NCBI GenBank assembly: GCA_963800125.1
Contig: CAWDAC010000030.1
Span: 98,736-162,735, forward strand
DNA length: 64,000 nucleotides
Direction of reading: 5' to 3'
From: an uncultured Actinomycetota bacterium
GTDB lineage: Bacteria > Actinomycetota > Actinomycetes > Mycobacteriales > Mycobacteriaceae
Below the pieces are notes generated by a model, which ran no database searches, had not been told where the DNA came from, and saw only the letters and a list, made by a program, of their open reading frames with translations. This document shows, piece by piece, positions 23,835 to 34,602 of this stretch (within the stretch, counting starts at the first letter, position 1; the number at the start of each line of letters is the position of its first letter). The translations under genes and the position numbers were made by a program.

Positions 23835-23957
23835 CTAGTCCAGAACGATCGGGCACTGCTCGGTGCGGACCATGCGCCGTATGTCGAGCACGCCGAGGTC
23901 GAGGCGCTGCGCCGCCTGGCTGTAGGTCAACAGTTCGCCGCTGCTGGTGGTGGTCAT
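23835..23957 (-). pseudogene. Excisionase-like small protein, copy 2 (truncated at 40 aa)
   Basis: MTTTSSGELLTYSQAAQRLDLGVLDIRRMVRTEQCPIVLD*; paralogous to 23073-23231. Confidence 0.6.
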
Positions 23958-23981
23958 GGTGGTGGTTTGCCTTCGATGCCA

Positions 23982-24008
23982 TAGGTAGTTACTCCTAGTG
24001 ACTACCTA
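23982..24008. promoter_or_regulatory. 11-5-11 palindrome, copy 2
   Basis: TAGGTAGTTAC-TCCTA-GTGACTACCTA upstream of xis-like copy 2. Confidence 0.7.
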
Positions 24009-24160
24009 GGCAGCTGGTCACACCGGGCAGGACCAGCGGCCCAACGAGGCCGGCGTGTGAGAGCACTCGGGATCGGCCCATACGGATTCACACCGGGGAC
24101 ACCCGTTTGATCGCTTACAGCAGCACGGTGACGGCAGTAATCGCTATGCCCGTCAGAGTT

Positions 24161-24430
24161 TCACCTGCGGGCCAGCTTCCGGGTCCGCTCGATGTCGTGC
24201 TGCCACTGCTGGGCCACCCGGTAGACCGCTGAGGCCGACGTCTGCCGCGCGGCCACACAGAGGCCGCCACAGCGGCGGCAGTCGACCGGGTGTGCCTGCA
24301 GCGCGTCGACCTGTGCTCTGATCCAAATGCGAGTTATCGACTGGCCGGCCTCGTCGGCGATTTGGAATAGTCGTAGCGCCACGATTTCGCCGCTGGCCTC
24401 GCGGTCGGCTGGATTGGCGGGGCGGCCCAC
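24161..24430 (-). CDS. Hypothetical element protein with CxxCxxxC
   Basis: 89-aa ORF next to attR containing DCRRCGGLC. Confidence 0.4.
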   Translation of the reverse strand: MGRPANPADREASGEIVALRLFQIADEAGQSITRIWIRAQVDALQAHPVDCRRCGGLCVAARQTSASAVYRVAQQWQHDIERTRKLARR

Positions 24431-24526
24431 GCCGATAAGTGTTCCACCGCGTCGGCGCGGACACCGCGCTACTTACGGATAACGTAGACCACAGCGCAAC
24501 CGCAGGTTCTAGGGATTTACCGGCAA

Positions 24527-24569
24527 GCACAGCGGTATCTTAAGGATTATGGCTGTGTTAACGGACGAA
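24527..24569 (+). repeat. attR-like direct repeat including the phhB start
   Basis: GCACAGCGGTA-TCTTAAGGAT-TATGGCTGTGTTAACGGACGAA. Confidence 0.88.
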
Positions 24570-24833
24570 GAAGTCGACGCCGCACTGCCCGACCTGAACG
24601 GCTGGGAGCGCAGCGAGGGAGTTCTACGCCGATCGATCAAGTTTCCCGCCTTCCTCGACGGTATCGACGCCGTGCGCCGCGTTGCCGAACGCGCCGAGGA
24701 GAAGGACCATCATCCCGACATCGATATCCGCTGGCGGACAGTGACTTTCGCACTGGTCACGCATTCCGCGGGCGGGATCACCCAGAACGATCTGGCGATG
24801 GCTCGGGAGATAAACCAGATCGTCGACCGGTAG
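24549..24833 (+). CDS. phhB: Pterin-4-alpha-carbinolamine dehydratase (Rv1159A-like)
   Basis: [25 protein letters not shown] signature. Confidence 0.93.
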   Translation: MAVLTDEEVDAALPDLNGWERSEGVLRRSIKFPAFLDGIDAVRRVAERAEEKDHHPDIDIRWRTVTFALVTHSAGGITQNDLAMAREINQIVDR

Positions 24834-25972
24834 CGGCGATCCACGCCAGCGTCGCCAACGTCGCCACGATGTAGATCAGCCCGGCCCACGCCAAGTACCA
24901 GGGCCTGCTGATCTCCCAGATGGTGGGCTGGGCGAAGCTCAGCAGCCACGGCACGCCGACGAGTGTCAGCGCCAGCCAGCCCCACCCAAGGATCCGCGCG
25001 CCCAGTCGCTGACCGCAGCGGGCCGTGCAACAGCCAGATCATCAGCGGCAGCACCCACACCCAGTGGTGGGTCCATGAGATCGGGGACAGCAGCAGTCCG
25101 AACAGCTGCACGACCACGATTCCGCCCAACCGGTCGTTGGTGCCGACGGCACGCCACGCCAGTAGCGCAAGCGCGGCGGTGACGACGATCGCCGCCACCA
25201 CGAGTGGTCCGTAGCCGGCGTCGTGGCCGAGGATCCGGGAGATGCCGCCGCGCCACGACTGGTTGAACGAGGTTCCGATCGGTCCCACCCGCCCGGCGTC
25301 GCCCAGCAGCTCGGTGAAGTAGTAGCGGGTTTGGTCGCCGACCACCAATGCGGACACGCCGATCGTCGCGAAGAACACCACCGCCGAGAACACCACGGTG
25401 CCCCAGCGGCGCACGCCGAGGAAGTACAGTCCGCTGACCGCGGGCGTCAGTTTCACCCCGGCCGCCAGCCCGACCAGCAGCCCGGACACCCACCATCGCG
25501 TGCTGTAGACCGCGTACAGCACGGCCAGCACCAGCAGCACGTTGATCTGTCCGTAGTCGAACGTGCTGCGCAGCGGTTCGAGCCAGATGCCGACGGCTGT
25601 CCACAGCATCGCGACACGTCGACTGGTGGCGAACTCGTCATCCACCGGCAGCAGACGTTGGCTGATGCGCACCACGCCGTACAACGCGACGATGATGCCC
25701 AGTTGCCACGCGAGCGCGACGAGGCCGAACGGCAGCAGGTGCAGCGGGTAGAAGACGACGGCCGCGAACGGCGGATAGGTGAACGGCAACGGGAAATCCG
25801 GCGTCTGGTCGGCATAGACGTAGTCGTAGAGCGTTCCGCGCTCACCCAACGTGCCTGCGCCGCCGACGTACACGTGCAAGTCGACGAAGTTCGCGCCGTT
25901 GGGCGCCAGGTACGTCCACGCCAGGCGCGCGGCGATGCTGACCAACAGCAGCAACGGCGCCGCGGCCGCCAA
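24778..25972 (-). CDS. pimE: GT87 polyprenol-phosphate-mannose mannosyltransferase, +1 frameshift near 25013; start uncertain
   Basis: [40 protein letters not shown]; corrected C-terminus ..[12 protein letters not shown].. Confidence 0.9.
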
Positions 25973-26162
25973 TCGCGCTGGCAGCCGCGGGAGTGTCGTT
26001 GCGGTGGCGGGTGTGGCTTCTATTCGACCGACTCTAGCGATCGGTCACCGAAAGCCGTCGTCTCCGTAACGGTTGCATAAACGCCACACGTGTCACTTGA
26101 GTAACTCTAGTAACGGGCTAGCTTCGGGCTGAGGCGTTCGCCGTCCAACGATTGGGAGAACC

Positions 26163-26781
26163 ATGAAACGCACCGGGAAACTGCTTGTTTCGACCATGAT
26201 CGCCGCCGCGGGCGCGGTCTCGACAGCGCTGGCGCTGAGCACGACGGCGGCGGCCGAACCGGCACCACCGACCAACCCCGGCGTTCCCGGGATGGAAATC
26301 CTCAGCCAGCTGTCGAATGTGCAGGCCGCCGCGCCGCAGGTGATCCAGAGCATCGCGTCGGCCTTGGCCGGCACGCCTGCTACGCCCGTCACGCCGGCAG
26401 CGCCCGCCCCTGGCGCCACCGCCTCGGTGACCCTGCCGCAACCGCCCGCGCTTCCGGCGGCCGCGACACCGGCCGCCGCTCCGGCGACCGCTCCGGCGGC
26501 CGCTCCGGGCAACCTGCTTTCCAATGTGCCGTTGTTGTCGGCGCTTCCGGACCAACTTGCAACCCCGGCCAGTCTGGCCAAGTTGCTTCCGAGCGGGGTT
26601 CCGATGCCCAATCTGGGCGCGCCTGCGGCCTACTGCACCCATCGCCACTGCACCCATCGCCACGGCGCCGGTAACGGCACCCGTCGCAACAGCACCCGTC
26701 GCTGCGGCGCCGGCGGCAGCACCCGTAGTACCGGGCGCGGCAGGCCTCCTGCCCATGACGGTGCTCAGCGCCCTGCCGTGA
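26163..26781 (+). CDS. Ala/Pro-rich secreted protein (Rv1158c-like), +1 frameshift near 26629
   Basis: Signal peptide ending AAAEPAPP; natural ending LLPMTVLSALP* in a shifted frame. Confidence 0.75.
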
Positions 26782-26822
26782 CACCGGAAGCCAACTGCCA
26801 ACCACCGAGCCTTGGGAGAACC

Positions 26823-27785
26823 ATGTCACCGACCGGGAAGCTGTTCGCCAACCTCGCCGTCGCGGTCGGCTCATCGGCAGCAATGCTGTTGGGTCTGACG
26901 GGCACCGCCAACGCCGACCCGGCGTCGCCGCTGCCGATCGATCCCCTGCAGGCGCCGGGCATGTCGGCGGTGCAAAGCCTAGGCCCGGTGATTCAGCAGG
27001 CGGCCGCCGATCCGACCAACGCGGCGTCGATGTTGATGGCGGCCGCGGCGGCGTTCACCGGTAACTCGACGGCACCCGCGGACTCGAGGAACGTGGCGTC
27101 GGCGGTCAACCAGTTCGTAGCCCAACCCGCCGCCGCACACGTCCCGGCGCCGGGTGCGGTGCCGGGCACCGAGGCGCACCTGCCCGCCGGTGTCGACCCG
27201 GCCCACGCCGTCGGACCGCTACCGGAAGCCGCCCCGGCGCCCGCACCCGAGGCCGCACCGCCCGCCCCGGCGCCCGAGGCGCTCCCCGCACTGGCACCCG
27301 AGGCACCGCCCGCACCCGCGCCTGAGAGCGCAGCGCCGGCTCCGGAGGCAGCCGCGAATCCGCAGTTCGGTCCGGACGCCCCGCCGACGCAGGACTTCAT
27401 GTTCCCGTCGATCAGCAACGGGTGCCTCAAGGACGGCGCCAACGTACTGGCGACCGCCCTCTCGGTGGCCGGGCCCGCCAAGATTCCGGCACCCGGCCCC
27501 GGCCCGGGCCAGACCGCCTATGTGTTCACCGCGGTCGGCACACCCGGTCCTGCGGCGGAGCAGCGACTGCCGCTGAACGTCACCTGGGTGAACCTGACCA
27601 CCGGCAGGTCCGGTAGCGCCACACTCAAGCCGCGCCCGGACATCAACCCGGAGGGCCCGACGACGCTTTCGGCCATTGTCGACACCGGCTCGGGCAGCGT
27701 CATGTCGACGATCTTCGGCCAGGTGACCACCACCGAGATGCAGTGCCAGTTCATGCCCACCATCGGCTCGACGGTGGTGCCCTGA
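26823..27785 (+). CDS. Rv1157c-like secreted Ala/Pro-rich protein
   Basis: Own RBS (TTGGGAGAACCATG) and signal peptide; conserved C-terminus TQDFMFPSISNGC...CQFMPTIG. Confidence 0.88.
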   Translation: MSPTGKLFANLAVAVGSSAAMLLGLTGTANADPASPLPIDPLQAPGMSAVQSLGPVIQQAAADPTNAASMLMAAAAAFTGNSTAPADSRNVASAVNQFVAQPAAAHVPAPGAVPGTEAHLPAGVDPAHAVGPLPEAAPAPAPEAAPPAPAPEALPALAPEAPPAPAPESAAPAPEAAANPQFGPDAPPTQDFMFPSISNGCLKDGANVLATALSVAGPAKIPAPGPGPGQTAYVFTAVGTPGPAAEQRLPLNVTWVNLTTGRSGSATLKPRPDINPEGPTTLSAIVDTGSGSVMSTIFGQVTTTEMQCQFMPTIGSTVVP

Positions 27786-27800
27786 CCCCTAAGTCTCGGG

Positions 27801-27947
27801 TCAGTACGCCATGAACAGGATGGCGTCGCGGTCGTACTCGCGACCGGGGTGCGCCTCGGACAGGTGTGCCTGGGCCTTCTCGACGAGGTCGTCCTCGTCC
27901 TTGCCGGTGATCGCCTCGCCGCACGGGCAGTTCAGGTGTGTCTTCAT
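27801..27947 (-). CDS. DUF1059-like small protein (48 aa)
   Basis: MKTHLNCPCGEAITGKDEDDLVEKAQAHLSEAHPGREYDRDAILFMAY; not in the ORF track. Confidence 0.8.
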   Translation of the reverse strand: MKTHLNCPCGEAITGKDEDDLVEKAQAHLSEAHPGREYDRDAILFMAY

Positions 27948-27979
27948 TCCTTCACGATCCCACAGTCAAGATGTAGGGC

Positions 27980-28639
27980 ATGGAGTTATACGACGTCATG
28001 CGCACGACGGCTGCGGTCCGCCGATTCACCGATGACCCACTGCCCGACGACGTACTCGAGCGCATCCTCGACAACGCCCGATTCGCGCCGAGCGGCGGCA
28101 ACCGCCAGGGCATGCGGGTGGTGGTGGTCCGGGACCGGCAGACCCGCGAGGCGCTCGTCGAATTGAGCGTTACGGGTGCGCGCCGCTACATCGCGCAAAC
28201 CCGGAATGGCGAAGGACCGTGGAATCCCTTGCAGCCCATGCAGGTTTCCGACGAAGAGTTGGCAGCCACCGAGGTACCGCCGTACCTGGGCGCACCCTTG
28301 CTGGGCGCCGGCGCAGTGCTGGTGGTCTGCGTGGACCTCAACGTCGTCGCGGCGTTCGACCAGTACCTCGACCGCATCGGCGTCATCCCTGGCGCATCGG
28401 TGTACCCGTTCGTCTGGAACATCCTGCTGGCGGCGCGCAACGAGGGATACGGCGGAGTGCTGACCACCATGGCGGTGGCCGAGGAACCACGCGTCAAGGA
28501 ACTGCTCGGAATACCGGATGACTACGCGATCGCGGCTCTCCTACCGATCGGCAAGCCGGTAAAGCAGGTCACCAAGCTGACGCGCAAGCCCGTTGCCGAG
28601 ATCGCCACCAAGGAGCGCTTCGACGGAGAGCCGCTCTAG
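27980..28639 (+). CDS. Nitroreductase-family protein
   Basis: MRTTAAVRRF, ARFAPSGGNRQG, NILLAARNEGYG. Confidence 0.9.
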   Translation: MELYDVMRTTAAVRRFTDDPLPDDVLERILDNARFAPSGGNRQGMRVVVVRDRQTREALVELSVTGARRYIAQTRNGEGPWNPLQPMQVSDEELAATEVPPYLGAPLLGAGAVLVVCVDLNVVAAFDQYLDRIGVIPGASVYPFVWNILLAARNEGYGGVLTTMAVAEEPRVKELLGIPDDYAIAALLPIGKPVKQVTKLTRKPVAEIATKERFDGEPL

Positions 28640-29433
28640 AGACCACGCGTACCGAGCCACGTGTGGATCCGGTCGGCTACGGACTCCCACCCTCGCTCCA
28701 GCATCATGTCGTGTCCCATGCCTGGAAAGAATTCGGCGTCCGTGCGGTATGCCTGCGCCGTCGCGCGGACTTCCGCCTGGGTGATCGAGCCGTCGGATTC
28801 CGCACCCAAGACGAGCATTGGGGTGGTAACGCGCTCGGGTCTGGGCCGGCTGAGGAACAACTGGTCGAACGACCATTTCGCCCCGCGTTCTTCCTGCAGC
28901 CGTGCGGCGTTGCGCGCGACAAGGTCTGCGGGGGTCTGTGCGGAGAAGAAATTCTCCCGGGCAAGCGCTGGGGTGCCGCCGACAAGACGCAACGACTTGC
29001 CCGACATATACGTCAGGATGGCGCGCAACGGATGGCGCTTGAACTGACGCATGACGTACTTGATGCTGCCTTGCGGCGGCGTTGACGCCACCAATACCGC
29101 TGCGGGGGCGGCGTATGACTGCAGATAGTGCTGCACGACGAATCCGCCCATGGAATGGGCGATCACTACCGGTGAGCTCGGAAGGCCCTCGGCAACCGAC
29201 GCGACATCGTCGACATAATCCGCCATCGAGGTGCGCACGGACCTAGGCATTTGGCTTCCTCCGTGGCCCCGCAGGCTGAGAGCTAGCGCGCGGTATCCAC
29301 TCTCGGCGAAGAAGTCCAGGAAATGTTCGTTCCAGCACCATGCGGCGTGCCATGCCCCGTGGACGAACAGAAGTGGGGCGGGGTGAGCCGCGGTGATTGT
29401 CCCCTCGTCGATGACCTCGAGGCCATGCTCCAC
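28636..29433 (-). CDS. Alpha/beta hydrolase
   Basis: FVHGAWH, AHSMGG nucleophile elbow, GMGHDMML. Confidence 0.9.
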   Translation of the reverse strand: MEHGLEVIDEGTITAAHPAPLLFVHGAWHAAWCWNEHFLDFFAESGYRALALSLRGHGGSQMPRSVRTSMADYVDDVASVAEGLPSSPVVIAHSMGGFVVQHYLQSYAAPAAVLVASTPPQGSIKYVMRQFKRHPLRAILTYMSGKSLRLVGGTPALARENFFSAQTPADLVARNAARLQEERGAKWSFDQLFLSRPRPERVTTPMLVLGAESDGSITQAEVRATAQAYRTDAEFFPGMGHDMMLERGWESVADRIHTWLGTRGL

Positions 29434-29436
29434 GGG

Positions 29437-30015
29437 TTAGCTTTTGGCCGCCTTGGCCGCCGCTTTCATCTGCTTCTTGTACGACCGCACCTTTTCCAGC
29501 GAGCCGGCGTCGACGATGTCGGCCACCGAAATGTGCGTGCCCGCTTTGCCGTATTCACCCGCCGCCTCGCGCCAGCCCTTCGGGGTCACGCCGTACTGCT
29601 TGCCGAGCAGCGCCAGGAAGATCCGCGCCTTCTGCTCGCCGAAGCCCGGCAACTCCTTCAGCCGCGCTAGCACTTCCGCCCCGTCCGGGTTGCCCGCGAC
29701 CCACAGTGCCGTGGCGTCACCGTCGTAACGGTCCACGATGATCTGCGCCAGCGTCTGGATCCGCTTTGCCATCGATCCTGGAAACCGGTGTATGGCAGGC
29801 CGTTCCGAACACAGCGCAGCGAACTTCTCCGGGTCGTAGTCGGCGATCTCGCGGGCATCCACGCCGCCGATCCGGTCGGCGATCTTCTTCGGCCCGGCGA
29901 ACGCCGTCTCCATCGGAACCTGCTGATCGAGAAGCATGCCGACCAACAACGCAAACGGATTGGAGTCCAGCAGAGCGTCGGCTGCCGGATCCTGGACAAG
30001 CTGCAGTTTCGCCAC
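29437..30015 (-). CDS. HhH-GPD-type base-excision repair-family protein (Rv1156-like)
   Basis: GMLLDQQVPME, LKELPGFGEQKARIF. Confidence 0.9.
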   Translation of the reverse strand: MAKLQLVQDPAADALLDSNPFALLVGMLLDQQVPMETAFAGPKKIADRIGGVDAREIADYDPEKFAALCSERPAIHRFPGSMAKRIQTLAQIIVDRYDGDATALWVAGNPDGAEVLARLKELPGFGEQKARIFLALLGKQYGVTPKGWREAAGEYGKAGTHISVADIVDAGSLEKVRSYKKQMKAAAKAAKS

Positions 30016-30128
30016 GTCGTCAGTCTAGATCGGCGGTTTGACGCCACTCCTCGCCGGGAACCCCTCACCTGTGAGGTAGCGCCCTTTGTGCTGTGAGTCG
30101 CACATGTCATCGAGGTCAGGAGTCAGCG

Positions 30129-30476
30129 GTGCCCGAAATCGACCTTCCACTGCTGGAAGCGCCCAGCGGCCACAAATTCGTCGAGATACAAGCCAGCCCC
30201 GAGTTTCAGGAACTCCGAAGTAGGTTGCGCCGCTTCGTCTTCCCGATGAGCGCGTTGTTCCTGATCTGGTACTTCGCCTACGTGTTGCTGGGCGCTTTCG
30301 CCCACGACTTCATGGCGACCAAGGTCTGGGGCAACATCAACATCGGCCTGCTGATCGGCCTGGGGCAGTTCCTGTCCACATTCATCATCACGGGCATCTA
30401 CGTCGTGTGGGCTAACCGTGAATTCGATCCACGCGCCGAAGCCATCCGCTCCAAGATCGAAGGCGGTGCGGCATGA
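30129..30476 (+). CDS. DUF485 small membrane protein (partner of the symporter)
   Basis: SPEFQELRSRLRRFVFP, YVVWANREFDP; overlaps the symporter start. Confidence 0.88.
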   Translation: MPEIDLPLLEAPSGHKFVEIQASPEFQELRSRLRRFVFPMSALFLIWYFAYVLLGAFAHDFMATKVWGNINIGLLIGLGQFLSTFIITGIYVVWANREFDPRAEAIRSKIEGGAA

Positions 30477-32113
30477 CCGTCAATATCGTGGCCGCAGAAG
30501 GCGACACCGTCGGTAATCCCGCCGCCAACATCGGCATCTTCATCCTCTTCGTCGCTGTGACGCTCTACGTCGTGATCCGTGCGAGCAAGAAGAACGCCAC
30601 CGCCGACGAGTTCTTCACCGCCGGCCGCGCGTTCACCGGCCCGCAGAACGGCATCGCGATCTCCGGTGACTATCTGTCCGCGGCAAGTTTCCTCGGCATC
30701 GCAGGCGCCATCGCCGTCTACGGCTACGACGGCTTCCTCTACTCCATCGGCTTCCTGGTCGCCTGGCTCGTCGCACTGCTCTTGGTCGCCGAATTGCTGC
30801 GCAACGCAGGCAAATTCACCATGGCCGACGTGCTGAGCTTCCGGCTGAAGCAACGGCCGGTACGGCTCGCCGCCGCGACCACCACCCTGGCGGTGTGCCT
30901 GTTCTACCTGCTGGCGCAGATGGCAGGCGCAGGCGGGTTGGTGGCCCTGCTACTCAATGTCTCCAGCGATATCGGCCAGGCATTCGTCATCGCGGTGGTC
31001 GGAGTGCTGATGATCGTCTACGTGCTGATCGGCGGGATGAAGGGCACCACCTGGGTGCAGATCATCAAGGCCGTCCTGTTGATCGGCGGCGCCGCACTGA
31101 TGACGGTCATGGTGCTGGCCAAGTTCGGAATCAACTTCTCCGAGATGCTCGGCGCCGCCCAGTCCGCGGTCTCCGCATCCACCGATGAGACCGTCGCCGG
31201 CCGCGACGTCTTGGCGCCCGGCGCCCAGTACGGCGCGTCGCTGACGTCGCAGATCAACTTCGTCTCGCTGGCGCTGGCCCTGGTGCTGGGCACGGCAGGC
31301 CTGCCGCACGTGCTGATGCGCTTCTACACGGTGCCCACCGCGAAGGAAGCCCGCCGTTCCGTCGTGTGGGCCATCGCCCTGATCGGCGCCTTCTACCTGT
31401 TCACCTTGGCGCTGGGCTACGGCGCCGCGGCCCTGGTCGGACCCGACGAGATCCTCGCGGCCCCTGGCGCGCAGAACTCCGCCGCACCCCTGCTGGCATT
31501 CCACCTCGGCGGTGTTGTCCTGCTCGGCGTCATCTCGGCGGTGGCGTTCGCGACGATCCTCGCGGTGGTCGCCGGCCTGACGATTACCGCGGCAACCTCG
31601 TTCGCGCACGACATCTACGCCAGCGTGCTGAAGCGCCACCAGGTCGACGAGTCCGAGCAGGTGCGGGTATCCCGCATCACCGTCGTGGTGCTCGGCATCC
31701 TCGCGATCGCGCTGGGCATCCTCGCCGCCGAGCAGAACATCGCGTTCCTGGTCGCGCTGGCGTTCGCCGTCGCCGCGGCCGCCAACCTGCCGACCATCCT
31801 GTATTCGCTGTACTGGCAACGGTTCAACACCCGGGGTGCGTTGTGGAGCATGTACGGCGGGCTGATCTCGACGATCGTCCTGATCATCTTCTCGCCCGCG
31901 GTATCGGGTGCGAAGACCGCGATGATGCCGAACGTGGACTTCGCCTGGTTCCCGTTGGCCAACCCCGGCATCGTGTCGATCCCGCTCGCGTTCATCCTGG
32001 GCATCGTCGGCACGCTGACCTCGTCCGACCGTAGCGATCCGGAGCTGAACGCGGAGTTCGAGGTGCGGGCGCTGACCGGCGTCGGCGCGGAGAAGGCGGT
32101 CGCCGCGCATTGA
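30473..32113 (+). CDS. actP: Cation/acetate (monocarboxylate) symporter, SSS family
   Basis: NGIAISGDYLSAASFLG, GLPHVLMRFYTV; many transmembrane segments. Confidence 0.88.
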   Translation: MTVNIVAAEGDTVGNPAANIGIFILFVAVTLYVVIRASKKNATADEFFTAGRAFTGPQNGIAISGDYLSAASFLGIAGAIAVYGYDGFLYSIGFLVAWLVALLLVAELLRNAGKFTMADVLSFRLKQRPVRLAAATTTLAVCLFYLLAQMAGAGGLVALLLNVSSDIGQAFVIAVVGVLMIVYVLIGGMKGTTWVQIIKAVLLIGGAALMTVMVLAKFGINFSEMLGAAQSAVSASTDETVAGRDVLAPGAQYGASLTSQINFVSLALALVLGTAGLPHVLMRFYTVPTAKEARRSVVWAIALIGAFYLFTLALGYGAAALVGPDEILAAPGAQNSAAPLLAFHLGGVVLLGVISAVAFATILAVVAGLTITAATSFAHDIYASVLKRHQVDESEQVRVSRITVVVLGILAIALGILAAEQNIAFLVALAFAVAAAANLPTILYSLYWQRFNTRGALWSMYGGLISTIVLIIFSPAVSGAKTAMMPNVDFAWFPLANPGIVSIPLAFILGIVGTLTSSDRSDPELNAEFEVRALTGVGAEKAVAAH

Positions 32114-32230
32114 CCGGCGGTCGCCGACCGCACACGCGTCGATGTCGCCGTGCGGCAGACCGTCACAAGACGCGAACTTTGAGTGCGTCTACTCAGATCC
32201 TTTTGTCCAGCTCAGCCCTAAATTTGGTGC

Positions 32231-33298
32231 ATGACGGTTGCAGCGCTGTTCCCCAGTCCGGCTGAGGTCGAGGCGAACACGCCGGCCACGCGGGACCGGG
32301 CCATCGACGTCATTCGGATCGTCTCGTTGGTGGCCGTCGTGGTCGGCCACACGATCATGGCCACCAGCACATTGCGCGACGACGTCTTCATCTGGAGCAA
32401 CCTGCTCACCGCCTCCGTGGTCCTCCAGGCGCTGACCTGGGTGTTTCAGATCATGCCGCTGTTCTTCTTCGCCGGGGTCGGCACGTATGCGTTCATCGCG
32501 GTGATCGACGCCATCCGGATCAACGTCGACGGGATGTCCGGCTTGGGCTACCTCAACCTCGTTGTCTGGTTGATCCCGGGCATGTTCGGTGTCGCGTACC
32601 GCCGACGCCGGCTCGCCGACCGGGCGGCACTGACGCTCGGCGCGGTGATGTTCGCGGTCAACCTCGCGCTGATGTGGCTCGGCCCCTACGAACTCAGCCT
32701 GGTCGGCATCGAGACCCAACATCTGAAGAACATGACGCCGCCATCGCTGCTGTTGGCCGGGCACGCAATAATGATGTGCGCGTTCGCGATTGCCGCCGCG
32801 CCGTCGATCGCACGGTGGGCGCAGCGCCCGCGCGTGTGGTGGCTGACGGCGATCGGAAACTCCGGGGCGATGACGCTGTACCTCTGGCACATTCCGCCGC
32901 TGCTGGCGATGCACCTGGTCTTCGACTACTTCGGCCATCCGCGCTACGACCCGACCGCCCCCGGCTTCATCGCGCTCAGCGTTCTGCAGTTGGTCATCAT
33001 GGCCATCCTGGTTGCGGCGGTGTGCGTCGTGCTGCGCCCGTTGGAGAACAGCCCGCTGCCGCTGTGGGACGGCGGCTTCGTGGCCGGGACCGGATCACGC
33101 AGTGCCGCGGTTGGCGCCCTCCTGTGCGTGGCCGGTGCGGCCACGCTGGCATCGGTCGGCTGGGGCCTCAAAGGTCCGGGGCTGTACTGCGTCGCGGTGA
33201 TGCTGGCGGCGCTGGTCGGGGCCCGGTTCCTGGCCACCGACCCGCGCGTCACCGCTCAGCGCGTCTGCGCCGCCAGCCGGCCGGCAAGCACCAGGTAG
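32231..33298 (+). pseudogene. Acyltransferase family 3 protein with probable in-frame internal deletion near 32480
   Basis: RDRAIDVIR...QIMPLFFFAGV joined directly to GTYAFIAVIDAIR; LYLWHIP later. Confidence 0.6.
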
Positions 33299-33867
33299 GT
33301 GGCGGCGAAGCTACGTCGCACCCACGCCACGATGCGCGGGCGGGAGAACACCTGGCGGCGCACCGCGGCGGCGAACACCCCGTAGAAGCTGAACACCACC
33401 AGCGTCACCGCCATGAAGACCGCGCTGAGAAACACCATCAGCGGCACTGCCCCGGCGCGGTCGGACGGCACGAACTGGGGCAGGAACGCGAAGAAGAAGA
33501 TCGTCAACTTGGGGTTCAGGGTGTTGACCAGGACCCCGGACCCGATCACCCGCCACGGCGAGGCCCTCACCGGTTCCGTCTCGACCGCGAACACCGACTT
33601 GTCGCGAAACGTCTTCCACGCCAGGTAGAGCAGGTATGCGACGCCGAGCCACTTGATGATCGAGAAGGCCACGGCGCTGGCGTGCATGATGGCCGCCAGA
33701 CCGGTGACCGCGGCAATCATGTGCGGAACGATGCCGAGCGTGCAGGCGAAAGCCGCCACAAGGCTGGCCTGCCAGCCGCGTGAAACGCCCGCCGCCACCG
33801 TGTACAGCACGCCCGCCCCGGGCGTCGCCACCACGACGAGCGTCGTCAGCAGGAACTCGGGCGTCAC
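33256..33867 (-). CDS. LysE-family translocator
   Basis: VVATPGAGVLY, NTLNPKLTIFFFAFLPQF. Confidence 0.92.
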   Translation of the reverse strand: MTPEFLLTTLVVVATPGAGVLYTVAAGVSRGWQASLVAAFACTLGIVPHMIAAVTGLAAIMHASAVAFSIIKWLGVAYLLYLAWKTFRDKSVFAVETEPVRASPWRVIGSGVLVNTLNPKLTIFFFAFLPQFVPSDRAGAVPLMVFLSAVFMAVTLVVFSFYGVFAAAVRRQVFSRPRIVAWVRRSFAATYLVLAGRLAAQTR

Positions 33868-33869
33868 GG

Positions 33870-34037
33870 CTATCCGCTCTTGCGGCGGAATTCCCGTCGA
33901 TTCTCGAGCGGCCCGTGTGCCCTCGGTTGCTTGCTTCCACCGTCTCTGTGATCGGCCCCGCCGGCCGACTTCGCCTTCTTGCGCTCCAGCGCTTCCCGGA
34001 ACTTCCGCTTCGTGTCGTCTTCCGGTGATTTAGCCAT
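33870..34037 (-). CDS. DUF5302-like small protein (55 aa)
   Basis: MAKSPEDDTKRKFREALERKK...RREFRRKSG; TAGGCT -10 box 6 nt before ATG. Confidence 0.8.
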   Translation of the reverse strand: MAKSPEDDTKRKFREALERKKAKSAGGADHRDGGSKQPRAHGPLENRREFRRKSG

Positions 34038-34089
34038 AGCCGCAGCCTAGCGCGGCGCACCTAGCGCCGTCGCGGGCTTTTCGTCGGCC

Positions 34090-34542
<453 letters not shown>

Positions 34543-34602
34543 CTACGTCGGCCGCCACCAGGGCCGACCCCGATTCGACGGCGGCGTACCTACTATGAGC
34601 GA

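Larger units (their letters stand above)
17050..24569. mobile_element. ~7.5 kb tyrosine-integrase element inserted at the 5' end of phhB
   Basis: 43-bp imperfect direct repeats at both ends duplicate the phhB start; integrase immediately inside the left end; xis-like and cargo genes inside. Confidence 0.88.

Noticed and set aside
23668-23982. His-rich ORF MASKANHHHDHHQQ..
   Set aside because: Alternative frame of the xis-like gene; paralog conservation looks protein-like only in the MTTTSSGELL frame
24161-24430. WhiB-family identity for the CRRCGGLC ORF
   Set aside because: Cys spacing does not fit WhiB (Cx19-22CxxCx5C) and the GxWGG motif is absent
26163-27785. Apparent 540-aa single secreted protein
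   Set aside because: A +1 base near 26629 joins two genes, each with its own RBS (TTGGGAGAACCATG) and signal peptide
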